Origin: Phoronis australis | Taxonomy: Eukaryota > Animalia > Phoronida | DNA: 64,000 nt | Reading direction: 5' to 3' | Assembly: GCA_002633005.1 (NCBI GenBank) | Contig: NMRA01000336.1 | Coordinates: forward strand, 301,056-365,055 | Part shown: positions 12,601 through 24,600 of the stretch, piece after piece | How the letters are laid out: each line of letters starts with the position of its first letter | Numbering within the stretch: position 1 is the first letter of the stretch | The notes under the pieces: model-generated | Databases searched by the model: none | What the model was told of the DNA's origin: nothing | Seen by the model: the letters and a program-made list of their open reading frames with translations, nothing else | Position numbers and translations under genes: made by a program

Positions 12601-15600
12601 ACATCCAATAGCTGTCCCACCTGGTGGTCATATCGTAAAACTATCCAAAGGAAGAGTCACTTGGTTAGTTGGTTAATATCTAACATCCCATAGCTGCCCC
12701 ACCGCGTTGTAAAATTGCAAAACTATGCAAACAGAGACAGCTAGTGAGGTGGAGTTGGTTGATGTCTGGGCTACAAGAGGGGGTTATGAGTTTAATTGGA
12801 TGTAAATCATTTGTTTTCTTTGCAACAAAACTGTTACCTACTCACAATATGCCTGTTATTTAGTAGATGGGCTTAACTACTCGTGTTTGTTGCAACAAAT
12901 CTTGTCTTATACACACACTTAATGCTTGTTATTTAGTAGATGGGTAGGTAGTGTAGATGGGGCCCAACTGCATGTCTGTTACATAAATCAGTTTTTGGCC
13001 ACAGTAAGATTAAAAACGGGACAATCGCCGCTCAAATAAAAAAGTTCATGTTCGGTCAACGTTTTGTCTATTCATGAGACATCATCAGGATCACATTAAC
13101 AAAGGACTGAGCCTCTGGCTAGTTGTCCACCAGATTGTACCGTAAACCACAATTTTATCGTAGGAATGTGGACAATACGTCTGTTGTGTTTCATCTAAGA
13201 ACTCAGTCAACACCTTTTTCAGTCACATGAACAATGCGCATCCGTCCATCAACTTCACCAGTGAATCTGAGCACGAGTCGTGTTTACCTTTTCTGGATGT
13301 CTTGGTTAAACGTGAGAATAGTACCGTTGTTACATCTGTATATCGTAAACCCTGTTTATCTGGGCTTTATATTAAATTTGATAGTTTTGTGGCGATCCAA
13401 TAAAAGAGAGGTCTAGTCAATTGCTTGTTACACCGTGCCTGGAGAATTTGTTCCACCAATTTTAAGTTTTGATAGTGACTTTGTGTGGATTTCCCAGTTA
13501 TTGCGTACCTATGGTTACCCTCTGAATTTTTTGAATAGCTGTAAAAGGCACTTCCTTTCAAAAATGAATGAGGCAGATAAGGTAGCTGTTATTGGACCCG
13601 AGAAAAAGAAAGATGTTCTTTTCTCTTGGTTACACCGGGCCAAGTAGTATGAAATTGAAACGTCAATTATCTCGCCTTATTCATTGCATAGACCCAGCAG
13701 TTGAATTGATAGTTGTTTTCAAACACCTTCGGAAACTTTCCAATATGCTGTGTAAACTGAAGTCCCTTTATTGAACAAGAGCAATGTTTTTTATAAGATT
13801 GAATGTGACAAATGCAAGGAATTCTACACCAGGCTCACACAGAGATGCCTCTGTGACAGGCTGAAAGAACATCACACTTCAAAGAAAAGCAACATATATA
13901 GGCATTTTGTTAGCAACAATCACCAAGCCAATTCAGTTAGTATTATCTTCTGAGAACCTAATAAGGAATTACTGTACATTTAAGAGTCGTTGGCCATTCA
14001 CAACCAGCATGCTACTGATTCTCTGAATAACATGCAGTCCCTGCAACTAAGGTGATGACCAGCTACTGACTATATTCCCTTCACTTTATGGATGTTACCT
14101 GAGCTGTATGTACTTGCTGTCCTTTGTAAACATGATCCTGATAATGTCTAATTAATAGACGAAACGTTGATTGAACATGAACTTTTTTTTATTTGTGCGG
14201 CGATTGTCCGGTTTATATGTGGACGCATTATGCTGTCATCTCCGTCCGTCCGGCGTCCGCTGCTCTATTTCCAAAACCGATTAACACATGTTCATGAAAT
14301 TGTGCTCATCTGTTGCTTTCACAGATGGGACGGCATGAGCGAACTTTCAGACGGATCCGACTACTGTTGTGCCCCCTAGTGGCAATTTCAGCTTTTTACG
14401 TTTACCTGTGTATCTTTAAAGGTCCTCAATGTATTTTCACAAAATTTGGTATATAGGCATCTATTAGTGAGGCGACGGCAACCTCTCGTTTTCAGATGGA
14501 TTCGGCATAGTTTGCACCACCTAGTGGCCATTTTTACTGTTTTCGAGTCTGCTTTATAGTGTCCACCTCTCTATAAACCAAACCGCTCTAAGTATGATTG
14601 TGAAAATTGGCTTGTATGTTCTTACTATGAAGATGATTTTTTGACAACTTCGACTGCAGTGGTGCCACCTAGTGGCAGTTTTTTTTGCACCTATGGATGT
14701 ATCTTCTAAACCGTTTGGAGGATCTTTACTAAATTTATTAAATGTATTTTTATGATGTTAACAACGAAGGACGACGACTTTTAGACGGATCTGACTACTG
14801 GTGTGCCCCCTGGTGGCAGTTTTATTTTTTTATGTTTCCTTGTATGTTTAAAGGTCCTCAATGTATATTCATAAAATTTGGCATGCTGGCATCTGTTAAT
14901 GAGGTGATGCTATCTCTCTGTTTTCAGATGGATTTGACCTAGTTTGCGCCACGTAGTGGCCATTTTTACTGTTTTTTAGTCTGTTTTTTGGCGTCCACTC
15001 GTTTATCAACCAAACAGGATAATAGTGAAAATTGGCATGTGTGCTTTTACTATGAAGTGGATGGCTGACGATGATTTTCTGACGAGTTCGCCTACTGTGG
15101 CGCCTCCTAGTAGTACTTTTGTTTTTTTGCGCTCATGGCCGTATCTCCTAAACTGTTTGCAGGATCTTAACTTTATTTAGCAAGTGTGTTTATGTGATGT
15201 TGACAACGGACGACAACGATTTTCGGACGGATTTGACTACTGGTATGCCCCCTAGTGGCAATTATAGTTTTTTACGTTTACCAGTCTGTATCTTCAAAGG
15301 TCCTAAACAGATTTTCATAAAATTTTGAATATAGGCATCCATTGGTGAGATGACGCTATTATCCTGTTTTTGGGTGGAAGCAAGATATTTTGCGCCACAT
15401 AGTGGCCATTTTTGCTGTTTTCAAATCATGTTTTTGGCATCCACCCCTTGATCAACCAAATCACTCTAGGGATGGTTTTGAAAATTGGCATATATATATG
15501 TTTTCAGTGTGAAGGGTAGCTATGATGATGACAACTGACTACTGTGGCGCCGCCTAGTAGTAGTTTTGTTTTGTTTTTTGCCCATAGCTGTATCTCCAAA

Positions 15601-18600
15601 ACCCACTACAGGATCTTTGTGAAATTTAGTATGTGAATTTACATGAAGATAACATACGGCGACTTTTAGGCGGATCGAACGGACACTGTGCCACAAGTAC
15701 CAATTTCATTCTGTTCTGTTTTCCTTTTATTTCTCTGAAGTTCCTTGACAGATTTTTATGAAATAGGGCATGTTCCCGTTATTGGATGGATTGTACATTT
15801 TTGTGCCATCTAGTGGCCATTTTTAGGATACATTTAAATATCCCTAAAAGCACACCATTTGCGATGCATTCGTGGGCGCATTTCAACGCTCCGCGTTGCT
15901 CTTGTTATGTCTGTTTCAACAACTAAGTCATATACACCCACTGTGCCTGTTATTTAGTAGATGGGGTGGTAGTACCAGTCTTTCTCTCCCTAACAAAGCT
16001 CATGTAAATGCCTGTTATTTAGTTGATGACGTAAGACCTCAATTTAGACAACTGCAGTACCTGTGAACCTCAGCAATCAAATCAGTATGATCACATATTC
16101 TCTTATGAGTATTCCCAGTCCACATTAATCCTTTGTAGCCCACTCAACCTTGTCTATTGTGTGGTGCCCTTTTAATACACTTAAGGACCTTTCATACTAA
16201 TGTTTTTGGGATAGAAGTTAACAGTGCGTGTTAACTTTGCACTAAACAGGTGCATTTAACAGAAGAGTGTCAACACTGCAGAGCATTATGAATGGTCAAC
16301 TTCGGTCCCATTGAAGTTATTTCCAGGTGCCACTGTTATCGTCAACAATTAAAGGGTAGTGTCGTCGCTAACAGTTGTTTGTATTTTCCTTGAATAATCA
16401 CCAGTCGAATTAAAAGTAAGTTTTATGTCAATGAGCACATGTAAATGTTCCCAAATTGTCACATTAAAATTTACCGTTCAGCACTACCTTGTGATTACTT
16501 CGATGACAACAGCGTCGCCTACCGTTTACTTCGATGTACGTAACTACCGAAGCCGGTATGAATGGTTCAGTTAACTCTGCAGACTGGGGTTAAGTCAGTA
16601 TGAAAAGGCCTTACAGACAGTTAAAATGAGTAATTGTACATATGGACACAAACATATCTACAGTCCTGTAATAATTGACAGTGAATGAGCAACACTTTAA
16701 TACCTATAACTCCTCAGTGATGCGCTTTGGAAGCCAGGGACTTTTCAAAATCATTTGAAAGTGGAAACAAAAAGCAAATAAGTTTTGTCTTTAATAGTGA
16801 TTTTTATTTTGGTTTAAAAATTGATTTAAAAACAAATTAAATTTTAAAGGTGTTTTACTTTCAAAATATTCTTAAAATTGTTTTTTATCAACAAATTTAT
16901 CCTGAATTGCCATTGATATGTCCATTAATGATATTGCAGATCACAAAAATTTGCTTGAATATTTTATTTTTAGCAGCTTTAAGATGTGTTTGTATGAACT
17001 GAAAGTAAAAAGTTTCACCCAAAGGTTTCAGCTCACACCTATATTTCACTGCTTTAATATTTGCCAGACATCAGTCTACCCAGCTCAAACGTTTCATTAC
17101 CCACAGACCAAATCTCACTGGTCCATTTCCACAGACCAGTGCAGTGTTCTCCACGATACCAATTCCAAACTCGACGCAAATATCAGTAGTCTACACTGTC
17201 TTTTCTCTAGTCTATAGCCTTAACATCTCTCCTGGAGGTATTTATATATGTCAAAAGCATACACTGAACTGGTCCGTGTGACCTACTTTTTGATACTTTG
17301 TTGGGCCTACACGTGAAAACCGCGAATCGTACTCTAAGTGCCCATTCAGCTAATGACTGTCTCACAAATAAAAAATTGGTGTTAAAAGCACGTGGCCAGG
17401 AAGCGCGTGCTACATACCTGTCACTTGTCATCGCAGACATTATTCTTTGGGAACTATCCATGAAGCTACGGGTATCATATTGGCAAGAAATAAATATTGG
17501 CACTAATTTCAGAAAGTTTTCTAATGCCGTAAAAACTGTTGCATTATTTTTAAGAGGGATAATGCTTTATTAATCACTTGATTTCTGTATTCATAATTGA
17601 TGTTTTTAAAGTATAGTACCTGATGAAATGCCCCACTGATAGGGGACACCTCCGCCCCCAAATATCCTGGATAATAACTCTGACTGTCACACATCCAGTC
17701 ACCCGGCAACTCAATGTCATTCGGCCTTAGGCCCTTAACCGAGACAATTCTCGCACGTGTATTAACAGTAAATGTGATCAGCAAGTGCTCAATAAAATGC
17801 ATTCTCGTGATAATGCTTGTGTTATTTCTTTAGTTACAATGCACACCTAAATCGTTAGGCCTACTTTGCGTTTACTCCTGCAAATGAACGCTGACTGGAT
17901 GACACGCACGTGCTCGCTCACTCACACACCCAGACGATCTTCAAAACAAAGGTCACGTGACTACGACATGTGTGTTTTTCCAGAGATTTTTTCCTGTTGC
18001 TGGGTACGATCTTGCGCAGATTTGAACCTATATTCTTCTTAATGCCGACTCCACAGGAACTTAAAATCTTAGGAATGCAATTTGGAAAACTTAAGTGAGG
18101 ATTTCAGGTAATTTGTTGAGTCGAAACTATATTTTTGTTCAAGCTGCCCTGTCGACGATCGCGAGGCCACCATTTTGTAGAAAGTCTGTCATAGGCTTCC
18201 GATTTCACCCGTTTTGGAGACTGGGTTTCAACAGCCTTGGGTTACAATATCCAACAAGCGCCTCTCACCCCGAAACAAAAGTTACTAAGCGCCCGGGCGC
18301 CTTATTACGGCAAATACGGTACTGTTAACTGCATTTCAGTAAAGTGAACTATGTTTATTGTTGGTAAAATCAGGCTCTGATTAAATGATAAGGGCTGGAA
18401 TATCAAGCCAACCAAAGTTTTAAACCTGGCACGGCAATTTTCAAACTTAATGCGCTTTCCCCAAACTCGACGCAGCAAAATCCAAACTCGTTACCGCGTT
18501 GAGTCAAAACAGGTCGTGGAGAACATGGCAGTTCACTTCTATACCCCTGGTACGAGTTGACCAAAAGGTGGGGCTGCTATTGGATGTCAACCAACTTACC

Positions 18601-21600
18601 AGCTGACTCTCATTTTCACTAAAGACATCGCTCTAGTCAGTTGGCGACTGATCTTGCACGCATGGCACTTCACATTTACAAAATACCGCGAAAAACGGGT
18701 GATGAGGCTGGATCACGTGAGATCATATCGGTTCGTATCCGCGCCAAATAAACCACAGAAAAACGATTCGTCATTGTTATTATTTGAATGCGTTTTGAAG
18801 CTGCAGTTACGTTCTTAAAAATAGTAATTATAATCCTTGTACCTGAGAAAGTCTGTATTTGTCGACTCATTTATGTATCAAAATAAAAACTTATCTCCCT
18901 TTTCATGCATACTCTGGGAATGCCGTGTGGATGGAATCCCCAACGAGTAGAATCGCAACATACACAGACGATATGGGGGTAATTTTAAAATGAAAAACGT
19001 TGAAACGGTTTAGTTATTACTAAGTGAACATAAAACGTTCGCTGTGTGATTAAAATGAATTAAAACTAGCAGAAGAAGCAAAATTGACAGATCAACTAAT
19101 TGCACTGTTGACGTTCCCACACTGAACTGCAATTTGTTTGCTTATTGGCCCTGTTCTTCACCAAACTTTAGTAGATTTTCCCAGTCCACTGATTACAACA
19201 GCAACAACTTTTTCGCGAGAAATTATGATGATGATACTGATGATGAAGAAACCTGTGGTGACGTTTTGTAGTAGTTCCAATTAGCACGGGCGACGCACCA
19301 TAGGGGGCTGGGGGGCTATAGCCCCCACTTTTGTCAGTGCTACACCGCACATGGGCTATAGGCGGTGCGCCACAGGGGGGCTGAGGGGGCTTTAGGAAAT
19401 TATTAAGTAGTGTATGGTCACCCTGTGGCTCTGACATCATTAAGTGACGGTGTGAAACGCTTGCAAAACGAGGAATTCGCTTCCACTGTGGCAATTGTGG
19501 TACTCGACGAAGGACACATCGGGGATATTCCCAGGTTTCAAAACCCTACTCGCCAGCTAGGCGAGTGAGCCAGAAAATCTACTCGCACAGGCGGAAATTC
19601 AGTCGCCCGGTTGTTTGCGTCTGTTCACCAGTGCTGCCAGTGTCAATAAAATCATCGTTTCGTGCATTGATGTCACTATCTATTAGGGCTGCCGTATTCG
19701 CCCTAGTAAGCGCTCAGGGTGCTTAGAAAAATTGGTTTCAGAAGGGGGGCTCTTGTTGTAGCCTAAGGCGGTTGAAACCCGGTCTCCGAAACGGGTGAAA
19801 TCGAAAGCTAGGATCATCAAATTTAAACACTGTGATGTATCTGTAACCTATGACAGACTTTCTACAAAACTGGTGCATTGCTATCAAACTTTGTTGTTAA
19901 ATTACGATTTTTTTAAAAAAGATGTGCTGAAATCAGAGGACAAAAACTTGCTGACTGATGCGTCGCTGCCTCGCGATCGTCGATAGGGCAACTTGAATTC
20001 TTGAGTAAAAATACAGTTTCGACTCAACAAATTACCTGAAATCCTCCTTAAGTTTTCTAAGACTTTTAAGTTCCTGTGGAGTCGGGATTAACTGCAGATT
20101 AAGTCCAAATCTGCGCTAGATCCTGGCACCTCGCAACACGAGAAAAATCTTTGGATGAACACACATGTTGTTGTCACAGGTCGTTTGTTTTGAAGTTTGA
20201 GTCTGTAGGTGTGCGCCGAGTGATCGAGCGCGTGCGTGTCATCAGAGTTCATTTGCGCGCGCTTCTTGGCCACGTGCTAATTAAAACAAGTCAAGTTTCG
20301 ATTCGCAGTTTTTTCGTGTAGAAAGTAATCTGGATTCATGTTGAGGGAGAAGGTCTGTACGGAAAGGTACAATACAATCCTGTTGACAAGTATGTTGCGT
20401 ATGTTCTGAAAGTCCTGACCATTGTGGGACATGTTCCTCGTAAGATCAGCAAAACCTGCGTTCTTTTTTAAGCACTGCAGAAGTTTGAAGTGTACAGTGA
20501 CGCCTAAATACCGACATAGCGGCGAGGCTCATGGTCTAGAAATTTCCCACACTATGATTTTTCAGAACTGTCGGATAATCCAATAAATTGAAGACATTAT
20601 TGTAGAATTTTGTAACTGTAGGTAAGGTATTTTTCACATAATAGTATGTACAAGTCTGAAAACAAGTGGGGGGCTTATAGGGGCATGAGCGCTTATTAGG
20701 ATGAATGTTATTATTTATAAAATAATTTTGGCTAAAATAACATTGTGCATTACAATAAGAAACCAGTTCCAAGAAATATGCTATTTCACTTGCTGTGAGC
20801 ACATGGACTGGTCTTCCGCCTTTTCCCTTTTCTTCGTTTCGGATTAGTCCACAAATTCCTGCATGCACAACCACACACTGTGATCTTTTGTCTACACAAA
20901 TCGCGTAACGGGTGAATCTACCGAATCAGTAGAATAGCACTGCGCGGATGTTTTTTTACTGCCGGAGCATGCACACGCCGACCAAACTGAACCGTAAATT
21001 CATGATAAAAACAGCACAAGGAGGAGAGCATTTATTCATGTTCATCTAGGAAACCATATATTACTTTTGCGCTCTGAAAATTCGCTCGCCACCTGGGTGA
21101 CCGGCAAGTCAACTTCTACTCGCCCAGCACCAGCATTTGATGTTAGACTGAGTAAGTGGTCCCCACCGAGAATGATGCTAGACTTGTAGGATATTACATG
21201 CATGTGGAAGTGTTGAGTTTAGTGTCGTATAGTATTTGAACTTTGTTGTCTCTAACAGATGTAATTTTGAAAATCTGTGATCTGAAATATGCACCCGTCA
21301 CCGTAAGGTAATTTTCCTGTGGCAACGGACTGTACGGTACGTCTTGGGTCACAACGATGATGTCATTTGCATTGATTAGAACGAGCGTCACCAAAAGTTT
21401 TTCTTTGGCACTAAATGGGGTTCCTGATGGGGTCCTACGATTGTAATTGCCATAATTAGTTAAAGACATAGTTTCACACCAAAATAACTGCTTTTCAAAA
21501 CAAATAATAGCACTGTGTGAATCTGTTACACAGGACAGTTCTTGTCCACACAGCTTGGTTAATGAGAAAAGCCCAGCAGTAATGACCATATGGGACTAAT

Positions 21601-24600
21601 CAGCCAGTCAATTCTGAGAACAGGCATACGTGTTTACATAACCATCTGTGATGTCAGACCAGGAAGACAGCTGTGTATTTCAATGGCTACAAGCTGTCAA
21701 CCCTCCAAAATTTTGCTTGCTTCATATGATAATTCCTTTCAACTCCATTTGTTGACATAACTAAATTGTTTTTCGCCAAGTAGAATCTAAATCGGTAAAT
21801 ATAACAACAAGAATGGATCAACTGAAATTTGAAATTTTCGGATGTAATAACTTCCTTTTCGCCAAGGAGATGTAAAGACCTGCGTATCACAGATAATCAA
21901 GCCTAGTACAAAATATTGCAGTTTTCTGTTTTTCCATTTTCAGCAGTGAGTAAAAAGAGTGTCATCTTTTAGTTTAACCACATATATAATTGAAATTGGA
22001 GTGGAAGTGGCAATTTCAATGACAAAATTACAATAACACTTGAAATGGAAGTTTTCTGAACTTGTTTTTTTAAATTCATGTGTTGATCTAATGAAATAAT
22101 AATTAACCCAAGGCATCAAGAAATATTACCTGAAGGTGCCAGTAAACATATGTCAGCTGTCATTACGGCAAGTTAATGCTATCATGCTTTTGTCACTGAG
22201 TCATACAAATCAAAGAACAAATCAGAGGACGATTATGATTTAATCCACAGTTCAAATTAAAACCAAGTGCTTTCAGTCGGAATTATATATTTGGTTTCTA
22301 CAGTGAAAGACTTTCAAGGTAGTTGAACGTTATTGCTGCTGTGCAAAAGTCACAACTGAAATAATATCAGTACAGTATTGGATGTTAGATGTGAACCAAC
22401 TAACCAACTTACTCCCTTTGGATGGCTTTAAGATTTGACCAACAGGTGGGGCAGCTGTTGGATTTTGGCGAAGTCATTAACAAGACTATTCACTTTGGCC
22501 ACCGCCATTGTTGTGTCGTGGACAGTAGCGACACCTAGCGGGTGTGTGTGCGCTGACGATGTTTGCGAGATGTCAACTGACGGCTCCGGTCGGTAGAAAA
22601 GCAACGGTGTTTTTGCAATGCCTACGACTGCCGCAGCAGTTAATTGAAAGTTTGTGACATGCTTTTTTCGTTTCCCCCCGTTTTTGCTCCTGCCTCTTCT
22701 TGAGCACATCTGTCTTATGTTTATTACTTCCCTGAACCCCCTAGATAAAATCCTAGAGGTTCTGTACCTGCCCACCCTCCAATCACTTCCTTTCACCAAG
22801 TGCTCACCTTAGAGTACTGAGACACCCTCTTGCTTATGATGTATTTCTCGTAATTTATATTACCTTTACTTCCCAAATTTTTCTTGATTTACACGGTGTT
22901 TTGTGTATTTTTCCAATACTCTGCTCATATTTTTTGTTCTCAACATTTTAAACTAAGAAACTTCACTATTTTGAATTTGACTATCTATATCGGCCATGAG
23001 TCATGATTATCAACCATATTCCTTGCTTGGCACTCATGCCTACTAAATGTTTCTACGGTCTATGAAACAACAATGGCCACCAGTGGCAGTCCACTGGGAT
23101 TTTGCGAGATTTGTCTCCCGCTGTACAGTCTCTGATGTCAGTCAGCTGACTCAATTATTTTCATGTTTTGCCCACCAGGTGTCAGGCAGCTATTTAATGT
23201 TGGATGTCAACCCGTTAACTACCATACCGTGAATAATAACTCTTACAGGGAAGTTATGCATTTCCTAAGATATGTGTGAATTTTCATCGCTTGTCCTTCA
23301 GAGCGGCTTTTACCAGGATCAAAATGAGCGCTGCACCGGAGTCGGATACAGTTGTGATGATCGCATGTCCGGTGCAAGCAAGACCCAATTAAGTGTAATT
23401 GTCGGACCATAAACTGTAGTAAATATCTCTGCCTGTACAAAATGGCAAAATTTCAAAATGCGTTAACCAATAATTTTTGTTAAAAACAAACACCACGGCG
23501 GTATTCATGTGGAAAAATTGATCTGGTATGGTTTTCACTTTTTAATAATCGATGAACTAATTTACCTAAACAACATTCAAATATGAATGGACTCACCAGA
23601 GACAGCCCAAGGGTGATTATCTCTGCGGCGAAGGATGTTACAGGTGTGTCTCCGATGAGTTGCCAATAGTCACTGGTATGGTGCATGGCTTTAAACTCTC
23701 TGCGGCTGGGTTTAAGATCTTTTATAGGCCTAACTATCCCCAATTCGCGTACCAGGATGAATTTCAAAAATGTGTTGACTTGTTTGCATGATATGTGATG
23801 TGCGACGTCTATGTTGAAAGTGCACCATATTTTTTACGTTGATTTCCTTTGCTGGATTTCAGAAGATAATTCATATATTGCAATGTAGGCGTCCAGGAGA
23901 GGCTTGGATGTACTTGTGACTGAGTCGTCAAAATTTATCCATTCCCATGATGATGATTTAACACAGCATGTGTAACGACCACCCCTCGTGTTTCTTCTAT
24001 GGTGTTCAATGACTGCAATTATTTTATAGCCAGAGAGGTCATACCACAAAATCTGCATGCTGATTTTTTTACCATTAGTGGCGGTTCATAAGATGTGAAT
24101 ACAAAGGTATTTTGGTGGTTTTAATAATGACCAAGTGAACTGGCTACTGAGGCTATTGCAGTGTGGGCAACTAAAGTCTTTGATGTCCAACGACATCCAC
24201 ATTTAGCTGTGTCACAACTCCTGCATAGTTATTTCTTTCCTCAGTGTTGGGGGGTAGACAGTCAACTCCCAGTCTCTGTATTTTCCTTTGTTGTTGAGCA
24301 GTTATTACAACTCCTAGTTTGCTTCTTTACCTGTTCAAAGGTACTAGTAACCTCAGCGTTTTCTGTCTGATGTATACCTTTGTGTTGCATCATATGTGTT
24401 CACAAGAATGGTTTTCATATTCTTGTTGATATATTCTATTAAAACTGCTCTTTTTGCCTGAATTGACCATAACACAATGTCAGGTCTTAATGCCGAATCT
24501 GTTATTTCAGATGGGAATATAAGAGGCGTTTCTGTACAATCTTTAATTAGTTTCCAATCGTTGGTCTTGGCCAGGAAGTGGGCTAAAAACTACAAACATT

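Larger units (their letters stand above)
12840..16030 (+). repeat. ~70-bp minisatellite interrupted by the PLE and HINE insertions
   Basis: tgcctgttatttagtagatggg units at ~12850, 12923, 15944 and 16009. Confidence 0.6.

Noticed and set aside
17142-18528. Possible hAT TIR pair cagtgttctccacga / tcgtggagaaca around a HIRAN copy
   Set aside because: Right terminus imperfect and no convincing TSD
21194-21589. 131-aa minus-strand ORF
   Set aside because: No recognisable motif or splice context
23040-23770. Possible Ulp1-like remnants (IPVDCHWW; SDYWQLIGD) downstream of the USP fragment
   Set aside because: Only short, low-information matches across broken frames
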